Source: a virus
Strand: one strand, 5' to 3'
DNA: 64,000 nucleotides
Virus record (IMG/VR): IMGVR_UViG_3300024496_000030
Span: 1 to 64,000 of that record
Below are positions 37,722 through 48,327 of this stretch, piece by piece. A program made the position numbers and the translations under genes. Position 1 is the first letter of the stretch. The number at the start of each line of letters is the position of its first letter. The notes under the pieces are model-generated. The model did no database searches. It worked only from the letters and a program-made list of their open reading frames with translations, and was not told the DNA's origin.

Positions 37722-39123
37722 TTGCATCCTCTTTGTTGCAGCAACAATCCTCAACCTATGCACACCCTCCAAACCTACCGAAGCGAAACACCTATCGAAC
37801 GAACCGAAAGGTTCAACGAATGGTACGAACGCTACACCGAATACGAAGGTGAGCCGCTCACCATCACGGTCCACCAGGTCTACGAAAACTATGGTGGACC
37901 AGAAGAAGGAGGCTGGACCTTCCGTTGCGGTTACCCAATCGAAACCGTCTGCATCTTCTCGAAAGCGCAAGCCCTCAGGGTTCTCCACGAACTCCACGAG
38001 AAGTACGACACAGAAGAGTATGACGACGGAACCTACGACATCTGCTTAGCCCAGGGCTACGCTGAGTTCTACCCTACGGTCCGTCCTCACTACGAATGAT
38101 CTCTTTGCCTGCACCAATCATGACGATTCCTGAGAACATCTTCAAGCTTCAGCTTGATTCCATGCCTACAGAGAAAGACGCTGATCCATACGGTGATGTT
38201 CTGTTCTTCTCCAAGAAGAGTGGATGGATCATCACCAAGCTGGAGGATGCACAGGACATGATCGAGGAGTACAACTGTACTCATTGGACATGGACTCCTG
38301 AAATCCCGTCAGCTGACGACTATGAACTGGATTCCACCAGGACTGAGCAGCTTAGAAATACAGGCTGGTTGAAAGATTAATAGGATTCTCAATAAACTTC
38401 AGTTATCAAGAATCCAACTAAACCTACTCACTTCTTGAGTACATATGAACTAGCGGGCGTCATGTTTTCTTTCATGGCGTCCGCTTTATCTTGACGAATT
38501 GCATACCAAGTCTGCTTATCGCTACGGATTGCCGTAGCCTTGACTTTGCTCAGGTAGGTGATCAGTGCGCTTTGCATGACTTCCTCGTGGGATCTGTATC
38601 TATTTATACAGTACCAAGAGGTCCAGGGTATGCATAGTTCACATCGTTACACAATCATGAACGAATCTCCGTACATGGGTTGGGTTGTTCCTTATTCCTG
38701 GCAAGAGCCAGAGTATGAGGACGATGAACTCGATCAAGTTCCAGAAGATGAAAGTGATTTTGATGACGAAGGGTTATTCACTCTTCGTTAATCACACCAT
38801 CTTCATTACCACTCTGCACACTCAACATGTCCTACAACATTACCGAGATCAAGGACTTCTATACCTTGATCTACGCCATGGAGAAGCGGGTCAAGCAGCT
38901 TCTCATTGACGACAGTAAGAAGCATCAAATGGATGCAGAACCTTCCTGGTCCATGGAGATCATTGAGGATGAAATCATTCCAGCACTGGAGAAGTTCTTG
39001 GAAGTCTGGGATGATGATCCAACTCCTCAGTATCTCTACGACAACACAGGTGGTGAGCCTCCAGTGACTGCCAATGAGATGCTCAACGCAGCATGGAAGC
39101 AGCACCTGGAGATGCGCTCCTGA
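37722..39123 (+). CDS. early hypothetical genes (~37758-38099, 38096-38380, ~38657-38791, 38827-39123)
   Basis: YGGPEEGGW motif in the first; acidic small proteins. Confidence 0.55.
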
Positions 39124-39193
39124 CTACCCTTACAATATCTACATAACACAGGGCATTGGTACATCCTTACTAGTGCCCTTCTCTTTTATTCCC

Positions 39194-39472
39194 ATGAAGA
39201 CTTTCCTCACTTCTCTGTTCAGCGCCAGCATCCTCTTACTTGGTTCCTTGCCTGCCCAAGCGCAGTGGGCAATGACTTGCACCAGAGATCCAGGTTCCAG
39301 CGTCAACCTACGCAATGGCCCAAGTAAGAACAACTATGTCATCGCGTCCATCCCCAACAGTGAGTACATCCGTGCACTCAACTGGGTGTGGGGTAGCGAT
39401 CAACTCAAATGGTACCGAGTTGAATACAACGGACTCGTTGGTTGGATGCGTTCAGATTACCTTTGCCGCTAA
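39194..39472 (+). CDS. exported SH3b-domain protein
   Basis: Signal peptide ..LPAQA; VNLRNGPS..WYRVEYNGLVGWMRSDYL. Confidence 0.75.
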   Translation: MKTFLTSLFSASILLLGSLPAQAQWAMTCTRDPGSSVNLRNGPSKNNYVIASIPNSEYIRALNWVWGSDQLKWYRVEYNGLVGWMRSDYLCR

Positions 39473-39474
39473 TC

Positions 39475-39873
39475 ATGGTTAAGAAGTTAATCATTGGAGC
39501 AGCAGGACTCGGTGCCTTCATTGTTGCAGCTGCTCTTGTCTCCATCATCTCTTCCATGGTGTCAGCTTTGATACCAGGGCGCAGTCCTGATGCACCTGGC
39601 AAGCTTGATCCACCTATCGAAGAGAAGAGCAAGCAAGAGTATGCATCAACTCTCAATCCTAAAGAAGAACCTAAGACTGATGAGTCTCCTAATGAGACAC
39701 CACCATCTGCTCAACCTCAAGAAGTTTCTCCACCACAAGAAACTGCACCATCACCTGATCCTTTTCTTGTTGCATCGCCTGCCCCACGCAGCAGTGGACC
39801 TGGCAACTTTGATGCGCCGCCTGCTCCTTATGCAGGTGGTGGCATCTACCCAACTGGCCCAGGTAACATGTGA
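39475..39873 (+). CDS. membrane-anchored Pro-rich protein
   Basis: N-terminal TM helix, P/E-rich tail. Confidence 0.55.
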   Translation: MVKKLIIGAAGLGAFIVAAALVSIISSMVSALIPGRSPDAPGKLDPPIEEKSKQEYASTLNPKEEPKTDESPNETPPSAQPQEVSPPQETAPSPDPFLVASPAPRSSGPGNFDAPPAPYAGGGIYPTGPGNM

Positions 39874-39919
39874 CCTGAGCAGATGATCCCTATGCATCTG
39901 TTCCTTTGCTTTGCACCCC

Positions 39920-40708
39920 ATGAATAAACAGATGATCTTCCTTGCTCTTGCAGCTGGTTCCATTACAGCCATCACCCAGCACGGTGTGTCGCAAGTGCTC
40001 CTTGCTCACCATCAAGGACAGCACCCGACACCCTATGACCTGATGGCAAATCAGCCCCATCCTCAACCTCTCGAACAGATTGCTCCAGAGGAGGCCAATG
40101 CCACAGGGTCACTCCCCGTTGCGCCTCCTCCTGCCGTCCTTCCTGCTGACGCTGATTCAGGTCCAGGAACCATTGATGAGCCTGGATCAGCTCGTCCACA
40201 GATCCGTATAAAACAGGGTTGGTCTTGGAAGAATCTTCTTCCACAGCCAGCATCTCGTCCATCTGCATCTCTTGTCCTCACCAGGACGAAAGAACAGGTG
40301 AAGACTACCAAAGATCCGATTTGGGAACTGCAACTTGTCGATAGTAAAGGAACAGTTCTCCAAACGTTACCTGCCTTAACAGGTCGCTCCTATCGTCAAA
40401 CCGTTGATCGCCATGTCGCTGGTAACAAATCGCCTCTGCCTCGTGGCGTGTACAGCATTGACCGTTACGGCATTGCTCGTGGTCCGTTTAGTGATCCAGA
40501 ACTCGGTCAAGGTTACTGGATTCCCGTCGTCCCCTTGTTTTCCACAGGTCGCAGTGCTCTTGGATTCCATCAAGACCCCAGCTGGGGAAAACTTAACGGT
40601 GAATCCGGTACCTCAGGCTGTATCGGCCTAGAAAACAAGGAGGCAACAGCCACACTCGTTGAATGGATTCGTCACTTCAACGTTACCAAACTGACTGTCA
40701 ATTCTTGA
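39920..40708 (+). CDS. L,D-transpeptidase (YkuD/Tlde1-like) domain protein
   Basis: Signal/TM N-terminus; PLPRGVY, RSALGFHQD...GTSGCIG catalytic His/Cys motif. Confidence 0.7.
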   Translation: MNKQMIFLALAAGSITAITQHGVSQVLLAHHQGQHPTPYDLMANQPHPQPLEQIAPEEANATGSLPVAPPPAVLPADADSGPGTIDEPGSARPQIRIKQGWSWKNLLPQPASRPSASLVLTRTKEQVKTTKDPIWELQLVDSKGTVLQTLPALTGRSYRQTVDRHVAGNKSPLPRGVYSIDRYGIARGPFSDPELGQGYWIPVVPLFSTGRSALGFHQDPSWGKLNGESGTSGCIGLENKEATATLVEWIRHFNVTKLTVNS

Positions 40709-40713
40709 ATGCC

Positions 40714-42989
40714 ATGAAGACTTCATACATCAAGATTGCTTACCGTAATGAAGGTGAATGGCAAACCACAACCTTCAGGACAGATGATCCTCAGTGGCGT
40801 GAAACATTCTTGACTCTGCGCAACAGCTTTCAATCTGTCCGTATTCTGTACAGCTAACCATCGCCATGGGTAAGAAGAAAGACAAGAAGAAGCAAGAGAA
40901 GGAACAGCTTCCTGTTTCTAATCATGCTCTCAAAATTAAATACATCCTGGATCATTTCAACTTTGCCAAAGTTCAAGAGGCAATGGTTGCATTGAACTGG
41001 GTATGGCAACACATGGATGATCCAGATGATCAAACCATGCGCGTTCCTACCATTGAACGCATGAAACAAACTGCTGCACATCTCCTTTACAGCGCAGCTA
41101 CTAGCAAGGAACGTTACTTTGCAACGGGTGGATTCCATGCTCAGCGTTATGAGTATGGCGATCTCTCCTTGCAATTTGTAGTAGCTGAGTACGATACATG
41201 TGATGACACCATGTAATCATGCAAAACTATCCTCGTTTTTTTCTGCATCGAAACTCCGACAAAACACGCATTGCTAAAGCCATGAACAACATTGAATGGG
41301 AATCCAACGACAGCACCAAGGATCTCAGCAAGACTGATGCTCCTACCATGCGTCAACTAGCTGGGATGCAGCTCGTCGCCAGGATGAAAGAAGCTGCAGA
41401 CAAAGTTGGTGCTGGCTTTGTTGGTGGCTTCATTGATGAGAATGGCAACCGCTTCATGATGTCCAACATGGGCGAAGGCCACATGAAAGAACATCAAATC
41501 ATGGAGCAACTAGAACAATACAAACGTGAAGTAGAAGGAGATGCTACAGACTGGAAGTAGCTCTCAGTTACATCCTCCATGTACAACATCTGGAATGCAG
41601 CAGCCTATGAAATAACAAACATCCTCATTGATTACAACAGAAAACTAGAACTCAACCCATGGATCAAAGCAATCCGTCTCCACTGCTTCCCAGATTGGGT
41701 AGCATGGAAGACCGAACGCACCATGGGTCGAGTCGATCAACAAATTGAGCAGCTCCAGAAGGAGATGCAAATTGAACACGATAAGAAATATGTCACACCC
41801 ATCATCAGGGAGCATCAACCTGATGAGTCCAAGACGCAGCAGCTTCTAGGTGGTACTCTGCAGATCACAGCTCCCTGGTACAAACCAGAGGAGAAAAACT
41901 AATTGCGTGTACACTGCATTGAACCTGCATACAATTTACGTTAGAACCATGAAGATGCGCCAGTCCCCAGCTGATCAGAAGCAAGAACAATTCATCGAAG
42001 TACTTCGTAATGTCCATGCCACACTTACGAACCTCCTTGAGGATCCTCTCTTTATTGATAGTATTCATGGTGAACAGGAAATGGGTCTCGACCTTTCTCT
42101 TGAACTCATTGACAACATCATTGCTCGGATCGACCCCAAGGACCACAGCGCTCAGGCCGAACTGATGGATCGCCTTGAACTCACCGCTGTTGATGCTGAT
42201 TGAGTCTCATCAGACTTATTACACTGTCCAACAAGAGCCGTCTGCTTCTAGCTAGTGCTTCTAAGCTATTCATGCCGTGGTCCTCCCTGTCATGGGTGTT
42301 GGATCACGGCTTCTTTTTGCACACCATCCAATGTTCTCACCCTCAGAATACTTAACAAACCTTAGGCAGATCAGTCTCCTCAATGGACTGGTCACGCCAG
42401 TAGGTCAACTCCCTTCCATTCCTCCCATCCCAAAGATGGAATCAGCTACAGCAGGAATCCCTGTTGTAGCAACTGTTCCAGCAGCGCCAGAATGTAATGA
42501 CATCATCAATGCTGTTGCATCCTCTCCTCTTGCAATCAATCTGGCAGCACTGTTTGCAGCTGGATTGATTCTTACCATTCTTATCAAGAAGTACGGACCA
42601 TCCATCCTTGCCTGGTTCCGTGACAAGATGCAGCGCTTCCTTGCTTCTATCCGTAGCAAGATCAGTAAGCGACGTAGCAATCTGCTACAACCTTCTGTCT
42701 GCACTGTCGTGGTGATGGGCTGATGTACCGCACAAAAGCACATCACTTTTACAAAGGAAACCAGAAGTTCCTCAGGACTAAACAGTTCTGGACTGTCTGG
42801 CGCAAGGTCAGGATGGTCATTGGCATCATCTATGACAGTTGCTCCGTCATTTTGGTACTCATGAGTCTCGACCGTGTGTACAAATTCAAGAGCTGGAGGG
42901 TTGTTAAACCCTGGCAGATCGCTACTTTGGTCGAGCGTTTACCCAAGCTGTTCCGTACCCTTAGACACCACTTCACCTATGGGATCTAA
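40714..42989 (+). CDS. run of small hypothetical genes (40714-40857, 40866-41216, 41219-41560, 41579-41902, ~41949-42203, 42331-42723, 42723-42989)
   Basis: ORF track, tight packing. Confidence 0.5.
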
Positions 42990-43052
42990 CCGCTTCCAGG
43001 GTTCATAAACTGATAGGAAAAACTTAAGGTTACCTACAGCTTTTCTTATCGT

Positions 43053-43098
43053 TCCATTGCTACGCTGGTTTGCCTACAAACCCTGTCGTAGCAATGGA
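43053..43098. repeat. imperfect inverted repeat
   Basis: TCCATTGCTACG (43053-64) / CGTAGCAATGGA (43087-98), inner GGTTTG/CAAACC. Confidence 0.7.
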
Positions 43099-43370
43099 TT
43101 TCAGTCTTACAAGACACTGCACTTGGATAGGTTTGTGCCCTTCATAATTAATTACCGGATGGAAAATATTTACCATGGAATCCAATATGTCGCCAGCAGG
43201 AAAACTTGCCTGGGCAATCCTTGCTCAACGTCCTGACGGCAAGAGTGAAGTCATCAAGATCACCAATCACGAAGAAGCCGATCAAGCTGTCAAAGAGAAT
43301 CCCACTCTTTGGTACAAGAGCGGCCCATTCATGCTAGTTTGAATCCACTCCAGGACACATCCTCGTCACT

Positions 43371-44166
43371 GTGTCCTGGGGAATCCCCTTCATTCCAATG
43401 AAACTTCCTGTGACTGCTTACATCGTCATGCTTCATCATGCTGATGTAGGTACATTTGCTCCAGCTTTCCCCAATCTTGACGACGCTATTGAGTTCTCCA
43501 ATGCAATGCGCTTGGTCAACGATCAACTTGCTGTAGCTGAACCGGTGCCTTTGGTCTCCACGATGGCTCCAGGAGGAAGCAAAGTTTTAGATTGGGTCGA
43601 GCATTGATTCAACCTAATTAAATACATAAGAATCTGTGTTATCTTGTATCGAGGTAACACAGATTTTTTATGGCCGTCGTTCTATCAGTTAGTATCCCCG
43701 ATGAGATGCACGCCAGGTGGAAATCATCTGGATTTGATATTAGCCCCAGTGCGATTTTCCAAAATGCTTTGGAGTCACAGCTCACTGAAACCAATCAACA
43801 TCTCACCTACTGGAGCAATCGTGCCTTGTCTGCAGAAAAGAAACTAAAGACCATCGAGAAGTTACTGTCTGCTAGTGAGAAGGAGATTAAAAAATTCCTT
43901 TACTTTGAAGACATGTGATCTTCCTAACAATTGATTGGTAACCTGTTCGGTAGACTACAATTAACAAATGCATCTGCATTTCTATGCCTGACAGAGGTTA
44001 CCTTTTCTTAAGCGACGATCAGCGACTTGATGTTGCAAGCTTGCTAACAACGCTTAAAGGTCTCGGTATTGTCCGAGATGAAACAGATTTTCAAAGGTTT
44101 GTCACTGGTTGTTTCTTCCGTGGTCTTTATGATTACAAAAGAGATCTAACTCGCAGCGACTGCTGA
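43371..44166 (+). CDS. hypothetical genes (~43398-43607, 43670-43918 possible RHH/CcdA-like, 43984-44166)
   Basis: 43670: VVLSVSIPDEMH..ISPSAIFQNAL resembles a ribbon-helix-helix. Confidence 0.45.
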
Positions 44167-44394
44167 ACAACTAACCAAGAGAATCATTAAGACAATATAA
44201 ATAATACGATAAACAATTGAATCCATTTGATCAAGCTACCAGTACTGCTGCGTAGCTTCATTTTATTTTGCAAATAAATTTAGAAAAGCTTCTCTTGGAG
44301 AACGGCCCACCGCCACGTAAGAATATTAGATATATACAAAGTAATAACTATACCAATAACACCTAACTAAATACATATGTACCATCCCATAGAT

Positions 44395-44472
44395 AAAAAA
44401 ATGGACCGGGCACCACCCCAGTCCAGAATCTGCTTTGCACACACAGCCTTCAGGATTCCTTTCTGAAGCTGC
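44395..44472 (-). ncRNA. candidate trans-acting sRNA (~78 nt)
   Basis: TAGACT -10 at 44484-44479; 5' hairpin GCAGC-TTCAG/CTGAA-G-GCTGT; unpaired GUGUGCAAAGCAGAUUC; terminator TGGACTGGG-GTGGTG-CCCGGTCCA-T7 with a G-U pair valid only on the minus strand. Confidence 0.7.
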
Positions 44473-44473
44473 G

Positions 44474-44502
44474 TTGTCAGTCTAGTCAAGTCCCGCTAGT
44501 AT
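44474..44502 (+). promoter_or_regulatory. sigma70-type promoter for the 44541 operon
   Basis: TTGTCA (44474-79) - 17 nt - TAGTAT (44497-502). Confidence 0.6.
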
Positions 44503-44540
44503 GCGCAAGCAAACGGCGCAACCTCATTTGCACACCCACC

Positions 44541-44966
44541 ATGTCTCCATTTAATTTCCAGCCTGTTCAACTGCTTGAACTCTCCGACGCTGACACTCCG
44601 AGCATTGATGTGCAGGATGGACAGCTGATCCTCACCGCTCAACGTGGTGAAGAGAAGATCCGAATCACTGCTCCTCTGCGTCAGGTTCTTCCCCAGGTGG
44701 CAGCAACAACTGTCAAGGGTCCGTCTCGATTGAAAGGGCTTCACCTACCTGGTGGCGATAAGCGTGTTGGTGAGCTGAACGGCATGGCCAAGCTCAACGA
44801 ACAAGCAGTTCGTGAAATCCGTCTCATGATCAGCGATCCGAAGTTTATCAAGAGCTTCCGCACACGCCACGCTCTCTGCTTAGAAATTGCTAAGGCTTAT
44901 AACGTTCATCCCGCTACGGTGAAGAACGTTATTGATAACGTCAGCTGGAAGCACGTCAAGATCTAA
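44541..44966 (+). CDS. DNA-binding protein with NUMOD-like/HTH C-terminus
   Basis: GELNGMAKLNEQAVREIR..IAKAYNV...V..VI....WKHV. Confidence 0.6.
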   Translation: MSPFNFQPVQLLELSDADTPSIDVQDGQLILTAQRGEEKIRITAPLRQVLPQVAATTVKGPSRLKGLHLPGGDKRVGELNGMAKLNEQAVREIRLMISDPKFIKSFRTRHALCLEIAKAYNVHPATVKNVIDNVSWKHVKI

Positions 44967-45358
44967 TGGAAAAGACTTACAGCATCTTGATCCAATTTGG
45001 TGATGGAAAGCCTGTAGCTTCTAAGATCAAAGCAAAGGATGGAGTCGATGCTCAGGACAAAGCATTACGCTTAAACCCTGGTGCACGCTCCATCCGCATC
45101 ACCGGTGTCTTAGAAGTCCACCTTCCAAAGCTAAAGCCTCTTCCTAAACCAAAACCAAAGGCTGCTGTTCATCCACTCTTTACAGATGTTGATGATGCAG
45201 TGGTTACGGATTACGTTAGGAACACTTCTCCTGATGTGCGGTTACAGATTTGTCACCAGCTGCGGAAGGAAGGCCTGACCTATAAGGCCATCGCTAAACA
45301 ATTGGATATGGGTGAGACAACAGTTCGCACCTGGATCAAAAACACACTGCCCTCCTAG
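44966..45358 (+). CDS. HTH-domain protein
   Basis: LRKEGLTYKAIAKQLDMGETTVRTWI. Confidence 0.7.
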   Translation: MEKTYSILIQFGDGKPVASKIKAKDGVDAQDKALRLNPGARSIRITGVLEVHLPKLKPLPKPKPKAAVHPLFTDVDDAVVTDYVRNTSPDVRLQICHQLRKEGLTYKAIAKQLDMGETTVRTWIKNTLPS

Positions 45359-45371
45359 TGAGGGCTTTTTC
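45349..45371 (+). terminator. intrinsic terminator
   Basis: GCCCTC-CTAGT-GAGGGC-TTTTT. Confidence 0.6.
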
Positions 45372-45388
45372 TTTGCACATTTCACACC

Positions 45389-46969
45389 ATGGAATTCCGT
45401 CTTCCCACTGAACTTGCAAACAAACTGGTTGATTATGACCAGACCCTCAAACAAATCAAACCCAAGAAGGAACCAAAAGAAGCCAGCACCAGGCTCAAGC
45501 GCAGAACAAAGCTAGCCTTCCCTTGTCCTGACATCTTCTTTGATCTCACAGTAGATGAGATCCATGAGATCTACGAAGAGTTCTGCTTTCGCCCTGCTCC
45601 GATGCGTTATCACACGGTACGCAGCAATGTAAATCCCATGCTTACTCGTTATCTCGTTGCATGGGATAAGTGTTCACAAACTAAACAAGAGATCTGGTAT
45701 TGCTGGAAGGTTGGTGATAAAGATTGTCCCATCATATTTAGAACATGGGATGAATCAGATCTAGATGATGAGTACCACGAATTCCGTGCTGATCAATCAT
45801 TGAAAGCTTTAAATAAAGCTCAAGATAATCCTTTTACTGTTAGATATAAAGCAGAACAAGAACGTTATGAAGCAGTCTCTTGTTTTATATCTGCTGTCTG
45901 TAATCAAGTTGAATTGCCTGAAATCAATAGAGCTTTACATGTAACAGGTAAATTAAATATGTACGGTATTACTAAATTCTTTTATGAGATGTTTTTCTCT
46001 GCTAAAGATGAGCAATCTTTTTATCCTGCTCAGTGGTTATCAAAACAGAGAATGCACGCTATGACTGAGTGCATGATTGATCTTAAAACAAATAGCACCA
46101 TCATTAATAGTAAGTTTTACCAGAACGAAGTAAGAAAAGAAGCTAAGTGTTTAGAGGAAAAAGTATTAACTGGATATATTAATCCTCAGTCTCTTGTTCA
46201 TAAACTAAGTTACATTTATTTGTTTCTTACTGTATTTCCTGATGAGTATGATCGTTCCATTAATCTTTATACTCAACTAAGTCAATATCATTTTTCTTCT
46301 CATTGGTCTACTTGGGCAATCTTTGATCGAATTACACGTGTAAGAATTGGATTTAGATCTAAATTTATGCAGTGGTTTACTTCTAAAGTTACACCACAAA
46401 TGTTTATCAATTGGATCCTTGAAGAAGTAGAAATTAAACAGAAGCGTGACTATGACACTACCATCCGCGACACAATGGAAATGTTGATTAAAGCTAGAGA
46501 ACGAATTGATTACCTAAGTAATCCCAATCCTGAGTATCTCAAAAAACCTAAGCGCTGGCGTCTCCAGGAGGTTCATGATCATTACGTTGGCATCACTCTT
46601 CAGATGGATAACCAGATGAAGAATCTACCAACAGATTTGATTCCAGAACCAATTACTTTTGAAACAGAGCTTGGAACCATCCGTATGTTCCAGCCTTCCA
46701 CCAATCACGAGGTCATCCGCTGGGGTAAAGCAGTCCGTAACTGCGTTGGTTCAGCTGGCTATGACGAGCGAGTGCTCAAGCGCAGCGCTTTCCTTGTGTT
46801 TGCTGAACGCAACGAGAAGCCATGGCTAACCTCTTTGCTTACCCTCAACATGGGGATGCTCCACGTGGGACAGACGGTCTCACCGTTCAATGCCAACCTA
46901 GAACCTGGTGAGCGCCAGGTGTATGAGCGGTGTTTACAGCAAGCCATTGGTATTACTGAGCAACAGTAA
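45389..46969 (+). CDS. PcfJ-like domain protein
   Basis: LQEVHDH...WGKAVRNCVGSAGY C-terminal motif. Confidence 0.6.
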   Translation: MEFRLPTELANKLVDYDQTLKQIKPKKEPKEASTRLKRRTKLAFPCPDIFFDLTVDEIHEIYEEFCFRPAPMRYHTVRSNVNPMLTRYLVAWDKCSQTKQEIWYCWKVGDKDCPIIFRTWDESDLDDEYHEFRADQSLKALNKAQDNPFTVRYKAEQERYEAVSCFISAVCNQVELPEINRALHVTGKLNMYGITKFFYEMFFSAKDEQSFYPAQWLSKQRMHAMTECMIDLKTNSTIINSKFYQNEVRKEAKCLEEKVLTGYINPQSLVHKLSYIYLFLTVFPDEYDRSINLYTQLSQYHFSSHWSTWAIFDRITRVRIGFRSKFMQWFTSKVTPQMFINWILEEVEIKQKRDYDTTIRDTMEMLIKARERIDYLSNPNPEYLKKPKRWRLQEVHDHYVGITLQMDNQMKNLPTDLIPEPITFETELGTIRMFQPSTNHEVIRWGKAVRNCVGSAGYDERVLKRSAFLVFAERNEKPWLTSLLTLNMGMLHVGQTVSPFNANLEPGERQVYERCLQQAIGITEQQ

Positions 46970-46993
46970 GATAAAGCAACATTCATTGTTGCT

Positions 46994-48288
46994 ATGGAAA
47001 CCTCCACTGATGCAGGTCTCACCGTTACCTTTGACGATGAGACCGGCGTTTTTTCTTTTGAATGGGATGAGGAGACTCATCCTGAGTACAACTTTATTAA
47101 AGATTTCACCGATGAAAGTTTTGCTACCATGATGCGCAACTACATGGAGAGCTTGGATCTCCCTCCCAATGTCACGGAAGCCAGCGACGATTCAACCGAA
47201 GTTTCAGCCGGGTGATCGGGTAGCAGAGCGCCCAAAAGCATCCCTCATCTCTGCTATCCGCAAAGAAGCACGGGAGATTGTTAAAAAGTACACAGGTCAC
47301 CGCCGTGGTGTTGTAGTTGGCAACACCATCAAGGTGTTGACTTCAAGCAATGGCCGCACCAGCAGGGTGTGCTACGTCAGCATCTTGTGGGACGGATTGA
47401 AAAGTCCTTCTGAACATTCACAGATGCGAATTTGTTTAGAAGAAGAGTACGACAAAATCCGTCAGGATCACTATGCATTGACTGAGTAGATCTACACACT
47501 TCTCTTTCTCATGACTGACAACAATCATCCGATTACTCCTCCGCCTGAGCTGTTACGAGAATGGGTAGGCAGTCAGCACGGCTACCTCAATGCTGCCCGC
47601 TGGGGCGCTGATCAGGAGCTGGAGGCGTGCTGTGCGGACCTGCGAATGGTTCTTGGACCCAACCAAGCTGATTGGCTGCGCTCCGTGCGCCGCCCCAAGC
47701 CGCCGAGCTTGAAGGAGCAGGCGTTAGGAGCCCTCTATGCCATAGCCACAGGGGCTGATGACACCAGAGAGTTTCACCAAGATCTGGAAACCATTAAGCA
47801 AGCTCTTGAATCCCTGCCCGATTAGTCAACATCACTTCTATGCGTAATTACTTTCTTGCCACACTCGCAATCCTTACCCTTGTGGTCGGATACGTATTTC
47901 TTCTGCAGTCTGCCAATGATCGCATTGAAGCCAGGTGTGCTGCCAATGGCGGTCAAGTGCTAACGCAACCTGGCGATGTGTCCAGATGTTTGCGCCCTGC
48001 CCAGTAGTCAGACCCACTTATCACTTTTCAATCATGAGCGGCAACGCTAAGCGTGAGTTTAAAGTTGGTGACCGTGTTAAGTACAACAAGAAAGGAATGG
48101 CTGGTCCTCTTTCTAACAACAAACCACACCAAGTGTTTGCTCCACGGTTAGGAGAAGTGAAGGGCATCTTCATTAAAGAAGATGGCAAAGGTTACAAACG
48201 CAAGTGGATTCAGGTTCTCTGGGATGGAGCAGTACGCCCCAGTGATCACGCCAGTCAGCGGCTGGTGTTTGAGCATGAAGAATGTTGA
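46994..48288 (+). CDS. hypothetical genes (46994-47215, 47169-47489, 47511-47825, 48034-48288)
   Basis: 47169 and 48034 are paralogues (F..GDRV ... LWDG..PS.H..R); 47511 has the cyanophage HPITPPPEL motif. Confidence 0.55.
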
Positions 48289-48327
48289 CTAACCCTGTAA
48301 GCTAGGTAACAACGAAGGAATGAACCA

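Noticed and set aside
39677-39702. CTGATGA-GTCTC..GAGAC hammerhead-like core
   Set aside because: No GAAA after stem II; lies inside a CDS
41820-41840. CTGATGA-GTC-CAA-GAC
   Set aside because: Followed by GCAG rather than GAAA; no stems I/III; coding
44167-44394. AT-rich gap as replication origin
   Set aside because: No iterons or other positive evidence beyond AT richness
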